A stretch of 64,000 nt of DNA from an uncultured delta proteobacterium. GTDB taxonomy: Bacteria; Myxococcota_A; Polyangia; Polyangiales; Polyangiaceae. The notes under the pieces are model-generated. The model did not search any database, was not told the DNA's origin, and was given only the letters and a program-made list of their open reading frames with translations. The position numbers and the translations under genes were made by a program. The stretch covers positions 640,001 through 704,000 of the forward strand of contig CAWAIF010000003.1 of assembly GCA_963782055.1 (NCBI GenBank), in the 5' to 3' direction. Of this stretch, positions 20,966 through 30,496 are shown piece after piece; the first letter of the stretch is position 1, and each line of letters opens with the position of its first letter.

Positions 20966-22198
20966 GTGTCCCACGCCCTCGCGAAGCGCCTGTCCGCCGT
21001 CGCGCCGAGCGTCACCCTCGCGATGAACGCGCGCGCCGCAGAGCTGCGGCAGAAGGGCTTCGACGTCTTTGCCTTCGGCGTGGGCGAGCCCGATTTCGAT
21101 CCCCCTCCGTACGTGATGGAGGCCGCGAAGCGGGCGATCGACCAGGGCGCGCACAAGTACACGGCCGTCACCGGCGTCCTTCCCCTCCGCCAGGCCATCT
21201 GCGACGCCGCGGCCCGCTGGCGCGGCTACCAGCCCGCGCCCAACCAGGTCATCGTGACCGTCGGCGCCAAGCACGCGCTCTTCAACATCGCCCTCGCGCT
21301 CTACGAGCAGGGCGACGAGGTGCTCATCCCGGCGCCATGCTGGGTGAGCTACCCCGAGCAGGTGCGCCTCATGGGCGCGACGCCGGTCATCGTGCCCACG
21401 AAGGAGTCGGAGGGCTGGCGCATGTCGCCCGAGTCGCTCCGCGCCGCGCTCACCCCGCGCACCAAGGCGGTCGTGCTGTGCACGCCGTCCAATCCGACAG
21501 GGGCGGCCTATGACGAGGCCGGCCTGCGCGCGCTGCTCGACGTGCTCCGCGAGCACGACTGCTGGATCATCGTCGACGAGATCTACGCCGAGCTGGTCTA
21601 CGACGGCTTCAAGCCGGTCTCGGTCGCCAAGCTCGCCCCCGAGCTCGCCGATCGCATCGTCATCGTGGACGGCGCGGCGAAGACGTACGCCATGACGGGT
21701 TGGCGCATCGGCTGGGCGATCGGCCCGCGCCCGCTCATCGCCGCGATGGATGTCATCCAGGGGCAGAGCACCACCAACGCCACCGCCGTCGCGCAGTACG
21801 CCGCCATCGCCGCCCTCAACGGCCCGCGCGACGCGATCGAGGCGATGCGCCAGAAGTTCGAGCGCCGGCGCGACGTGATGGTGGCCGGCCTCGAGAGCCT
21901 CCCTGGTGTGCGCTGCCGCAAGCCGGAGGGCGCGTTCTACGCCTTCGCCGATTGCCGCGGGCTGTACGGCATCGAGCACGACGGCAAGGCGATCGCGAGT
22001 GACGAGGACGTCGCCTTCTTCCTGCTGGACAAGGCGCACGTCGCCGCCGTCCCCGGCACGCCCTTCCACGGCCCGGGCTACGTGCGCTTCTCCTACGCCA
22101 CGAGCGAGGAGCGCATCCTGGCGGGCATCGAGGCCATCAAGCGCGCCGTCGCCGCCGCGCCGCGCCTGTCCAATCCGCCGGCGACCGCCACCGGCTGA
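20966..22198 (+). CDS. aspC: PLP-dependent class I/II aminotransferase (aspartate aminotransferase type)
   Basis: GEPDF, GAKHAL, PSNPTG, DEIY, AKTYAMTGWRIG motifs. Confidence 0.92.
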   Translation: MSHALAKRLSAVAPSVTLAMNARAAELRQKGFDVFAFGVGEPDFDPPPYVMEAAKRAIDQGAHKYTAVTGVLPLRQAICDAAARWRGYQPAPNQVIVTVGAKHALFNIALALYEQGDEVLIPAPCWVSYPEQVRLMGATPVIVPTKESEGWRMSPESLRAALTPRTKAVVLCTPSNPTGAAYDEAGLRALLDVLREHDCWIIVDEIYAELVYDGFKPVSVAKLAPELADRIVIVDGAAKTYAMTGWRIGWAIGPRPLIAAMDVIQGQSTTNATAVAQYAAIAALNGPRDAIEAMRQKFERRRDVMVAGLESLPGVRCRKPEGAFYAFADCRGLYGIEHDGKAIASDEDVAFFLLDKAHVAAVPGTPFHGPGYVRFSYATSEERILAGIEAIKRAVAAAPRLSNPPATATG

Positions 22199-22278
22199 CG
22201 GGCGCCCACCACCGCCAGTCCGCTCACGCGGTTCTTGCGCTTCTCCCGCCTGCCTGGAAAGCGTCGCAAGTCCCCGGA

Positions 22279-22330
22279 GCCCGACGCGTCGCGGAGGGCC
22301 CGCGTGAGGAGGGGCGGCGCGTGCGCCCTC
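22279..22330 (-). repeat. Diverged partial copy of the palindromic repeat family (hairpin B fused to tail D)
   Basis: Minus strand GAGGGCGCACGCGCCGCCCCTCCTCACGCGGGCCCTCCGCGACGCGTCGGGC matches unit modules B and D with C missing. Confidence 0.75.
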
Positions 22331-22484
22331 CAGTCGAAAGGTGTGTGCGGGTGCTACCCCTTGATAACCGCCCAGGTTCGGGGCCAGTCTAGATGCAAAC
22401 CAGCCCACCACCGTCCAACGCTGGGGTGCGCGTACGTCGGGCCGGGAAACCGGCGGCTTGCACTTCATCAAAGGAGCTTTCCTC

Positions 22485-23753
22485 ATGGCGATTTCTCGGA
22501 AACTTAAATTCGGCGTGCTCGCCGTAGCGGCCGTGGTCATCCCGGTCGTGACCAACGGCTGCAGCGCCGTCCAGAACGCACAGAACTCCCTCTGCTGTCC
22601 GGAGTTCCAGCCCGGCGGCGACATGACCGCGGTGGCCGCGAAGGCCGACGTCTCGGTCCGTGGCAACGTCTACGCGATCGCGCAGGCGAGCGGCGACCTC
22701 ATCGCGCTGGCCAACCAGGCCGCCGCCGACGTCACCACCGCCTGCCGCAACATCGCCGTCGACCTCGGCACCGATCCCCTGAGCTACACCCAGGACCCGA
22801 ACTCCACGACGCCCGCCTCCGACGCGCTCACCTACTGGTGCGGAGCTGCTCAGACCGATCTCGGCACGGCGCTCAAGGGTGTCACCCTCACCGCCACCTT
22901 CGACCCGCCCCAGTGCACCGCCAGCATCCAGGCGCAGGCCGACTGCCAGGCGCGATGCGACGTCAGTGGCAAGTGCGACATCAAGGCCAACCCGCCGACC
23001 TGCACGGGCGGCACGCTGGAGGTGGAGTGCAAGGGCGACTGCGACGTCACCGCCAAGGCCCCCACGATCGACTGCGAGGGTAGCTGCACCGGCATGTGCT
23101 CCGGCACCTGCCAGGCGCAGGGCTCGACCGCGGTCGAGTGCGACGGCACCTGCGACGGCACCTGCGCCGCGGGCAAGCAGGGCTCCGGCATCCAGGCGGA
23201 CGGGAGCTGCAAGGGTACGTGCAGCGGCACCTGCCACCTGCGCAGCACCGCGAAGGTGAGCTGCCAGGGGAGCTGCTCCGGCACCTGCGACGCCAAGTGC
23301 ACCACCACGCCGGGTCAGGTCTCCTGCAAGTGCTCCGGCTCCTGCAGCGCCGACTACCAGCCGCTCGAGTGCAAGGGCGGCAAGCTGGAGGGCGGCTGCC
23401 AGGTCGACGCGCAGTGCCAGGCCAACTGCAACGCGAGCGTCCAGGCCCGCGCCGAGTGCACCCCGCCGAAGGTCAGCGTCTCGCTCACCGGCGGCACCGA
23501 CCTCACCGCGGTCGAGCGCACGCTGGAGCAGAACCTGCCGATCATCATCACCATCGTGAAGGCTCGCGGCCAGCAGGCGGCGGACCTCATCCAGACCATC
23601 CTGCAATCGGCCGGGTCGATCCAGGGCACGGTCAACGCGGACACGGTCGGCTGCTTCACGGCGATGATCGCCCAGCTGCAGACCGCCCAGGTGAACTTCA
23701 AGGCCACCCTCAACGGGTCGACCGGGATCCTCACCGCGACGAACGTCAAGTAA
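22485..23753 (+). CDS. Cys-rich lipoprotein with CxGxC tandem repeats
   Basis: AAGGAG RBS; signal ending TNGC; repeated CEGSCTGMCSGTC, CDGTCDGTC and CKGTCSGTC blocks between helical domains. Confidence 0.85.
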   Translation: MAISRKLKFGVLAVAAVVIPVVTNGCSAVQNAQNSLCCPEFQPGGDMTAVAAKADVSVRGNVYAIAQASGDLIALANQAAADVTTACRNIAVDLGTDPLSYTQDPNSTTPASDALTYWCGAAQTDLGTALKGVTLTATFDPPQCTASIQAQADCQARCDVSGKCDIKANPPTCTGGTLEVECKGDCDVTAKAPTIDCEGSCTGMCSGTCQAQGSTAVECDGTCDGTCAAGKQGSGIQADGSCKGTCSGTCHLRSTAKVSCQGSCSGTCDAKCTTTPGQVSCKCSGSCSADYQPLECKGGKLEGGCQVDAQCQANCNASVQARAECTPPKVSVSLTGGTDLTAVERTLEQNLPIIITIVKARGQQAADLIQTILQSAGSIQGTVNADTVGCFTAMIAQLQTAQVNFKATLNGSTGILTATNVK

Positions 23754-23814
23754 GACGCTCGCGTCCCGGACGAAGGCGTGCCGCTTCACCGCGGCGCGCC
23801 TTCTCCATTTTGTG

Positions 23815-23900
23815 CCCGCCCAATCACCTGGGCGGGGAGGGGCGGCGCGTGCCGCGCCTCCCGGACGAGTCCTTCCGTGAGCGAAGCTCACATCCTCTCA
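23815..23900 (-). repeat. Diverged copy of the palindromic repeat family (truncated hairpin A, B, C)
   Basis: Minus strand TGAGAGGATGTGAGC-TTC-GCTCAC...GAGGCGCGGCACGCGCCGCCCCTCCCCGCCCAGGTGATTGGGCGGG. Confidence 0.85.
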
Positions 23901-25994
23901 ATTCGGAGGCGCCTCCGAGCAGACGTGGTTGATGCACGTCACGCCCTGCGCGGCGTTGCAGCAGTCCGCCGTCGAGTCGCAGTGGTCGCCGTTCTGCGAG
24001 CAGTTGCCCGTCTTGGGGGAGCACACCGGCGCGCCCCCGTCGGCTCCCTGATCGCAGTAGCCGCCGCAGCACTCGGTGCCCGACTGGCACCCCTGCCCGT
24101 CCTGCTTGCACGGGTCGAGCGCCCAGAAGCCGCGCATGTTGATCGAGTCGATCGCCTGGCCGGGGAGGCGGAAGGGCGGGTGGCTCGGGTCCTTGCCCGG
24201 CGTCGGCGACTGGTCGATCGCGGCCACCCAGAGCTGCTTGACCTGGTCCTTGGTGCCGAGGAGCGCGTTGCCGTAGGTGCGGCGGCTGGTGAACACGACC
24301 CAGAAGAAGCCGCCCGACGCGACGGGCGCGAAGGTCGGCTCGAAGTTCCACGACAGATCGCGCGAGCCCGCCGCGAAGGGGTAGCCGTCGCCGTCGAGCG
24401 CCGCCAGGCGCACCTCGCTGTTCGCGGTCTGCGTGCTGGCGACGTACAGGTCGCTGGTGCCGTAGCGCGTGTCGGCCGAGGGGCCGCGGCCGTAGATGAC
24501 CCACTTGCCGTCGGGCGCGACGGTGGGCCACAGGATGCGGTTGTTCGGGTCGCTGCCGGTCGCGACGAGCAACCGGTCGTTGGAGGCCATCGGGCTGGCC
24601 TTGGCGTCGAAGTCCACCGCGCGCAGGTCACCCGGCTGGGGGATGTTCCATCCCTGGGGCCAGGACGCCGGGTCGCCGGAGTTGACGTACGCGATGAGGG
24701 ACCCCTCCGGCGACCACGACGGCATGGCGGACAGCTTGCCGTCCAGGCCGCTGCTGGCCACCTTCGCGCCGCTCTGCGTGTCGTACAGGCTCTCGAAGCC
24801 TCCCGGCCCGCCCGAGGCCAGGCTCAGCCCGACGGCCATGGTGTTGGTCAGCATGTACTTTCCGTCGGGCGAGACGGCGGAGTTGCTCCACTGCACCGAC
24901 TGCCACTGCGTGGCCGCGTTGCCCGCGCCCCACGTGCCGCCGGTGTAGTGGACCGGCTGGCCGGCCTTCAGGTCGTACGAGCCGCCGTAGGTGCCGCCGC
25001 CGGAGACGATCGTCGAGCCGTCCGCCGACACCGTGTGGCACGTCATCAGGCAGCTCGACTGCACGTACTGGTTGCCGTCGTTGAGCGGCGCCTTGTAGGC
25101 GAAGTCGTCCGGGGCGGAGGCGCCGGGCTTGATGCGCATGACGCGGCCCAGGTTGTTGGCCCAGTAGTAGATGGTCCCGCGCATCGACTGGGGGGCGATG
25201 GTCCACTTCTGCTGCGTGACCACCGTCGCGTTGGAGCCGTCGTAGCGGGAGACGAAGAGGTCCGCCTTGCCGCTCGTCGAGTCGGTGAACTTGCGCCACA
25301 GGGTGTCGTCGAAGGCGAACTGCGAGGGCGGCGGCGCCTTGGCGAAGGACTCCAGCTCGAAGTACGGGCTGGTGAGGTGGACGTAGTACTGGTCGTTCGC
25401 CCCGCCGCCGTTCCACATGAGCGGGGTGGCGAGCAGGCCGCGCGGGAAGACCGTCTTGTCGTAGGGGTACGCCCACACGCACGACTTGTCCGGCGAGGTC
25501 GCGCCCTTCAGCGCCGACTGCGCGCCCGCAGGCACGTTGCCCGGGTTCACCTGGTACTGCAGCTTGATGGTCAGCTGCGCCGTGCCCTTCTGGCCCTGGT
25601 AGGCGGCGGTGATGGTGACGGGGCCGCCCACGTCGGTGGAGGGCGTGAAGATGCCGGTGGCGTCGATGGTGCCTGCGGCGGGGTAGTTGGCGGTCCAGGT
25701 GGGCGCGGGGATGGGCTGCTTGGTGCCGTCGGCGTAGTTGGCGAACGCGGCGAAGGCCTGGGTGATCACCTGATCGTTGACGATGGTGATCGTCGCGGTG
25801 GGCGGGTCCACCGTGATGCTCTTCAGGTCGTGGTTGCCGTTGTTGAACGGGTCGCTCTCGTTGCCGCCGTCCAGGCCGTTGCCGTTGTTGTTGCCGTTGT
25901 CGTCACCGCTGCTGCCGCACGCGGCGAGGCCGCCGGCCACGGCCACCGCCACCACGACAAGCACCGTCGCGCCCAGACGTCGGATCATCCACAT
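23898..25994 (-). CDS. Lipoprotein with Ig-like domain, TolB/PD40-type beta-propeller and Cys-rich tail
   Basis: LAAC lipobox; SPDGKY, PSWSPEG and PTVAPDGKW propeller motifs; CKQDG..ECCGGYC tail. Confidence 0.85.
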   Translation of the reverse strand: MWMIRRLGATVLVVVAVAVAGGLAACGSSGDDNGNNNGNGLDGGNESDPFNNGNHDLKSITVDPPTATITIVNDQVITQAFAAFANYADGTKQPIPAPTWTANYPAAGTIDATGIFTPSTDVGGPVTITAAYQGQKGTAQLTIKLQYQVNPGNVPAGAQSALKGATSPDKSCVWAYPYDKTVFPRGLLATPLMWNGGGANDQYYVHLTSPYFELESFAKAPPPSQFAFDDTLWRKFTDSTSGKADLFVSRYDGSNATVVTQQKWTIAPQSMRGTIYYWANNLGRVMRIKPGASAPDDFAYKAPLNDGNQYVQSSCLMTCHTVSADGSTIVSGGGTYGGSYDLKAGQPVHYTGGTWGAGNAATQWQSVQWSNSAVSPDGKYMLTNTMAVGLSLASGGPGGFESLYDTQSGAKVASSGLDGKLSAMPSWSPEGSLIAYVNSGDPASWPQGWNIPQPGDLRAVDFDAKASPMASNDRLLVATGSDPNNRILWPTVAPDGKWVIYGRGPSADTRYGTSDLYVASTQTANSEVRLAALDGDGYPFAAGSRDLSWNFEPTFAPVASGGFFWVVFTSRRTYGNALLGTKDQVKQLWVAAIDQSPTPGKDPSHPPFRLPGQAIDSINMRGFWALDPCKQDGQGCQSGTECCGGYCDQGADGGAPVCSPKTGNCSQNGDHCDSTADCCNAAQGVTCINHVCSEAPPN

Positions 25995-26258
25995 GTCGGC
26001 TCTCCCTGCACGCACCACGCCACAGTGTGGCTACAATATTTCAGCGAAAGGCGAAGGACCGCAAGGGTCGGAAGGGACGCACCTGGGGATCCAGGGATCC
26101 ACCTGTCACGTGCGCAGACTCGCAAGTAGAAGGCATTTTGGCCGGATCGCGTGAGGCGCCGTCGCAAAGAGACATGGTGGGGACGCGCCGGCCGACCTGG
26201 GGGCGCCGGGCCCCGCGCCGGCTTGACGGATCCGACCGCGCGGCCTACGAGCCACCCC

Positions 26259-27374
26259 ATGACGACGCTCGAAGAACGCGTGACCGAGGCGCTGGGCAAG
26301 GTCAAGCACCCCACCCTCGATCAGAGCCTGACGGCTCTGGGCCTCGTGACCGGCGTGGCCAGCAGCGAGGGCAACGTGACGGTGACCCTCCGGCTGGAGG
26401 GTGGCGAGGGCGCGCTGCGCGAGACGCTCGGCGGCGCCGTCCGCGCGGCGGCCGGCGCGGTCGAGGGCGCGAAGGGGGTGGAGGTGAAGTGGGAAGAGGA
26501 GGTGCCCGCCCGCGCCCTCGCCCCGGACGACCCGCTGCCGGAGGTGCGCAACGTCATCCTGGTCATGAGCGGCAAGGGAGGCGTGGGCAAGAGCACCACC
26601 GCCGCCAACCTGACCCTGGCGCTCCATCGCGCGGGCTACCGCGTCGGGTTGCTGGACGCCGACATCTACGGCCCGTCCATCCCCACCATGCTGGGCGTGA
26701 CCGGGCGGCCGGTGTCGCTGGACGGCAAGACGATCGAGCCGCTGACGCGCTTCGGCGTGAAGCTGATGAGCATCGGCTTCCTGCTGGAGGACCCCAAGGC
26801 CGCCGTCGTGTGGCGCGGGCCGATGCTCCACGGCGCGCTCCAGCAGTTCCTGAAGGACGTCAACTGGGGGCCGCTGGACTACCTGATCCTCGACCTGCCG
26901 CCCGGCACCGGCGACGTCGCGCTCACCCTCTCGCAGCGGGTGAAGTCGACCGGCGCCGTCATCGTCACCACGCCGCAGCCCGTGGCCACCGACGACGTCT
27001 TCAAGTCGGTGAGCATGTGCGAGAAGGTGTCGATCCCCATTCTCGGCGTCGTGGAGAACATGAGCTACTTCGTCGACACCGCGGGCGTGCGCCACGAGCT
27101 CTTCGGCAAGGGCGGCGGGCAGGCGGTGGCCGATTTCGCCAAGGCGCCGCTCCTCGGCCAGATCCCCATCGATCAGAGCGTCCGGGAGTGGGGCGACAAG
27201 GGGACGCCGGTGGTGCAGGCCGCGCCCGGCAGCGCCATCGCGAAGAGCTTCGTGGAGCTGGCGGAGCGGCTCGCCGACGTCGTCGCCACGCGCAACGCGG
27301 GCGAGGAGGCCGGCCCGGTGATCGACCGCAGCGGCGGCAAGGGCGGCAAGCGGCGCCTCCCCGTCGCTCGCTGA
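26259..27374 (+). CDS. mrp: Mrp/NBP35 (ApbC) family P-loop ATPase with N-terminal DUF59-like domain
   Basis: SGKGGVGKST, DADIYGPS, WRGPM, DLPPGTGD, VTTPQ, ENMS. Confidence 0.94.
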   Translation: MTTLEERVTEALGKVKHPTLDQSLTALGLVTGVASSEGNVTVTLRLEGGEGALRETLGGAVRAAAGAVEGAKGVEVKWEEEVPARALAPDDPLPEVRNVILVMSGKGGVGKSTTAANLTLALHRAGYRVGLLDADIYGPSIPTMLGVTGRPVSLDGKTIEPLTRFGVKLMSIGFLLEDPKAAVVWRGPMLHGALQQFLKDVNWGPLDYLILDLPPGTGDVALTLSQRVKSTGAVIVTTPQPVATDDVFKSVSMCEKVSIPILGVVENMSYFVDTAGVRHELFGKGGGQAVADFAKAPLLGQIPIDQSVREWGDKGTPVVQAAPGSAIAKSFVELAERLADVVATRNAGEEAGPVIDRSGGKGGKRRLPVAR

Positions 27375-27378
27375 CGTC

Positions 27379-28254
27379 TCAGCTCTTCCAGCCGCCGCTC
27401 TTCTTCGCGTGCTGGAACAGGTCCACGTCCTGCTCCTTCTTCAGCAGCACCCCGAGGAAGGGCAGCTCGCGGATGAAGCGCTCGTTGCCGATGCCGGCGC
27501 TCTGCAGCACGGCGATCCAGTCGACCAGCTCGCTCGTCGAGGGGCGCTTGCGCAGGCGCGGCAGGGCCCGCAGCTCGTAGAACTTCACCACCGCCTGGTC
27601 CACGAGGGACTGGTCGATGTGGGGGTGGTGGACGCGCACGATGCGCTTCATCAGCTCGACGTCGGGGAAGTCGATGAAGTGGAAGACGCACCGGCGCAGG
27701 AAGGCGTCGGGCAGCTCCTTCTCGTTGTTGGAGGTGATGACCACCACCGGCCGGTCCTTCGCGACAATCTCGTCGCCCGTCTCGGTGATGGAGAAGCGCA
27801 TGCGGTCCAGCTCGTGGAGCAGGTCGTTGGGGAACTCGATGTCGGCCTTGTCCACCTCGTCGATGAGCAGGACGTGGCGGCCCCGCGAACCGTGGAAGTA
27901 GGCGGTCTCCCCCTCCGAGGAGGCGGCGAAGGCACGACCGAGGGGCCCGAGCTTGATGTAGTGCCGGACGTCCTTCACGTCGCCGTCACCGAAGCGTGCA
28001 TCATACAAGCGTTGCACGGTGTCGTAGACGTAGAGGCCATCCTGCGCGCGTGTCGTCGACTTCACCGGCCAGTGGATGAGCGGCAGCTCCAGCGACTGGG
28101 CGATCGCCTCGGCCAGCAGGGTCTTGCCCGTGCCCGGCTCGCCCTTGACGAGGAGCGGACGCTCCAGCGCGAGGGCGCAGTTGACCGCGGCCTCCAGGGA
28201 CTCGTTGGTGAGGTAGCTCGGCGTGCCAGCGAAGCGGCGAAACTCTTGGGTCAC
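27379..28254 (-). CDS. MoxR family AAA+ ATPase
   Basis: GEPGTGKT, LIDEVDKAD, FPNDLL, ELPDAFLRRC. Confidence 0.92.
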   Translation of the reverse strand: MTQEFRRFAGTPSYLTNESLEAAVNCALALERPLLVKGEPGTGKTLLAEAIAQSLELPLIHWPVKSTTRAQDGLYVYDTVQRLYDARFGDGDVKDVRHYIKLGPLGRAFAASSEGETAYFHGSRGRHVLLIDEVDKADIEFPNDLLHELDRMRFSITETGDEIVAKDRPVVVITSNNEKELPDAFLRRCVFHFIDFPDVELMKRIVRVHHPHIDQSLVDQAVVKFYELRALPRLRKRPSTSELVDWIAVLQSAGIGNERFIRELPFLGVLLKKEQDVDLFQHAKKSGGWKS

Positions 28255-28356
28255 GCGCTAGGATGTAACGGCTCGCCGGGGGCGCCGCAACCTGCCTCAC
28301 CCGTCGGCTCGTCCGCCCGCCGTGGCGTCGACGCCTTTCGCTGGTAGCGTACGGGG

Positions 28357-29784
28357 GTGAATCTGCGCGCCCCCGCCCTCGAGCCGGTCCCGGCCGCCCG
28401 CGTCGAGCGCGCGGCGATCGAGCTGGACCGGGCTCTGGGGACCTCCAAGCTCATCATGGAAGAGGGCGCCCGCGCGCCGTACGCCCGGGACGACAGCCCG
28501 GCCCCGGGGCGCGTGCCCGACGTGGTCGTGCTGGCGGAGACGCGGGAGGACATCGCCGCGGTGCTGCGCATCGCCGATGCCCACGACGTGCCGGTGACCC
28601 CCCGCGCGGCCGGCTCCGGCAGGACGGGCGGCGCGGTGCCGGTGCGCGGCGGCATCGTGCTCGCCACGCACGGCATGACCGCGGTCAAGGAGGTAAGCCG
28701 CCACGATCTCCTCGCCGTCGTGGAGCCCGGGGTGGTGACCGGCGAGCTGCATGCCCTCGTCGAGAAGGAGGGCCTCTTCTACCCGCCCGACCCCAACTCG
28801 ATGGACATGTGCATGATCGGCGGCAACGTCGCCGAGAACGCCGGCGGCCCGCGAGCCTTCAAGTACGGTGTCACGCGGGAGTACGTGCTCGGTCTGGAGG
28901 CCTGCCTGATGGGAGGGCGCGTGGTGCGCACCGGCAAGCGCACGGTGAAGGGGGTGACCGGCTACGACGTGACCGCGCTGCTCGTCGGGAGCGAGGGCAC
29001 GCTGGGCGTCTTCTCCGAGATCACCCTGCGCCTCTTGCCGCGGCCGCCGCGGGTGGCCACGCTGCTCGCCCTCTACTCCGACGTGCGCGCCGCGGGCGCC
29101 TCGGTCGCCGCCGTCGTGGCCGCGGGGCTGGTGCCGCGGTGCCTGGAGCTGCTGGACACGCTGACGCTGGACGCCGTGCGCCAGGCGGGCAACGCGATCG
29201 ACCCGCGCGCCGGGGCGATGCTCCTCATCGAGGTGGACGGCGAGGACGCCGACGCGCAGGCCCAGCGGCTGGGCGAGGCGGTCTCGGCGGGCGAGGGCGT
29301 CCTGGACGTGGTGCTCGCGCAGGACGCGGCGCAGCGGGCGCGCCTCTGGTCGGCGCGCAAGTCGCTCTCCTACGCCACGCGGAAGCTGGCGAAGCACAAG
29401 CTCTCGGAGGACGTGGTCGTGCCGCGCTCGCGCGTCCCGGAGCTGCTCGCCCGCGTCGACGCGATCGGCGACGAGGAGCGCGTGCGCCACCTCACCTACG
29501 GCCACGCCGGGGACGGCAACCTGCACGTCAACTTCCTCTGGGACGACGACGACGAGCGCGAGCGGGTGGAGCGCGCGATCGAGGCGCTCATGCGCGCGAC
29601 GGTGGAGCTCGGCGGGACGCTGAGCGGCGAGCACGGCATCGGCCTGGCGAAGGCGCCGTACCTGGCGATCGAGCAGTCGCCCGAGCTCATCGCCCTGCAG
29701 AAGGACCTCAAGCGCGTGTTCGACCCGAAGGACCTGCTCAACCCGGGCAAGATCTTCCCCGCCGGCGGCCACCGCGCCTGCTGA
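28357..29784 (+). CDS. FAD-linked oxidase, GlcD/D-2-hydroxyacid dehydrogenase family
   Basis: [43 protein letters not shown]. Confidence 0.92.
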   Translation: MNLRAPALEPVPAARVERAAIELDRALGTSKLIMEEGARAPYARDDSPAPGRVPDVVVLAETREDIAAVLRIADAHDVPVTPRAAGSGRTGGAVPVRGGIVLATHGMTAVKEVSRHDLLAVVEPGVVTGELHALVEKEGLFYPPDPNSMDMCMIGGNVAENAGGPRAFKYGVTREYVLGLEACLMGGRVVRTGKRTVKGVTGYDVTALLVGSEGTLGVFSEITLRLLPRPPRVATLLALYSDVRAAGASVAAVVAAGLVPRCLELLDTLTLDAVRQAGNAIDPRAGAMLLIEVDGEDADAQAQRLGEAVSAGEGVLDVVLAQDAAQRARLWSARKSLSYATRKLAKHKLSEDVVVPRSRVPELLARVDAIGDEERVRHLTYGHAGDGNLHVNFLWDDDDERERVERAIEALMRATVELGGTLSGEHGIGLAKAPYLAIEQSPELIALQKDLKRVFDPKDLLNPGKIFPAGGHRAC

Positions 29785-29809
29785 GAAGAGGAGGTGGTAC
29801 GCTGCGGGC

Positions 29810-30496
29810 GTGCGCGTCCTCGTCGTCGAAGACAGCCCGCGCGTCGCCCAGGTGCTCACCGGCGCGCTGCGCCGTGCCGGTCACGCCGTCGCCGTCGCCC
29901 CGACGCGGGTGGAGGGCCTGGCCGAGGCGGAGCGCGCGCACGTGGACCTCGCCATCGTGGACGTGGGGCTTCCGGACGGCTCCGGGCTGGACCTCTGCCG
30001 CGCGTGGCGGTCGGCGGGGCACGACTTCCCGGTGCTGGTGCTGACGGCGCGCAACGGCGTGGGGGATCGCGTCGCCGGGCTCGACGCCGGGGCCGACGAC
30101 TACCTCGGCAAGCCCTTCGCCGCCGCCGAGCTGCTCGCCCGCGTGCGCGCGCTCGGCCGCCGCGGCCCGCGCTGGACCGAGTCGAGGAAGACCTTCGGCG
30201 ACGTGGTCATCGACCGCGACCGACGCACCATCACGCGCGGCGGCGGCGCGCTGCCGCTCACCCCGCGGGAGTTCGAGCTCGTGGCCCTGCTCGCCTGGCG
30301 CGACGGCCGGGTCGTCCCGCGCGACGAGGTGCTGGAGATCGTGTGGGGCGCGTGCACCGAGCGCGAGGCGGCGAGCCTGGAGGTGCTCGTCTCGCGCGTG
30401 CGGCGCAAGCTGGGGTCGCGCGCGGGTGACGAGGTGGTGCGGACAGTCCGGGGGGTGGGGTACGCGTGGGCGCTCGGACGCTCGAGTCCAGCCTGA
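29810..30496 (+). CDS. OmpR family response regulator
   Basis: [24 protein letters not shown], winged helix ending RTVRGVGY. Confidence 0.93.
   Translation: MRVLVVEDSPRVAQVLTGALRRAGHAVAVAPTRVEGLAEAERAHVDLAIVDVGLPDGSGLDLCRAWRSAGHDFPVLVLTARNGVGDRVAGLDAGADDYLGKPFAAAELLARVRALGRRGPRWTESRKTFGDVVIDRDRRTITRGGGALPLTPREFELVALLAWRDGRVVPRDEVLEIVWGACTEREAASLEVLVSRVRRKLGSRAGDEVVRTVRGVGYAWALGRSSPA

Noticed and set aside
26040..26180. c-di-GMP-I riboswitch-like text (AAAGGCGAA..GGGACGCA) with GCAA-loop hairpins upstream of mrp
   Set aside because: The GCAAAC/GAAA P2 and GCAAAG P3 elements do not match properly; an Infernal search against the c-di-GMP-I model would be needed
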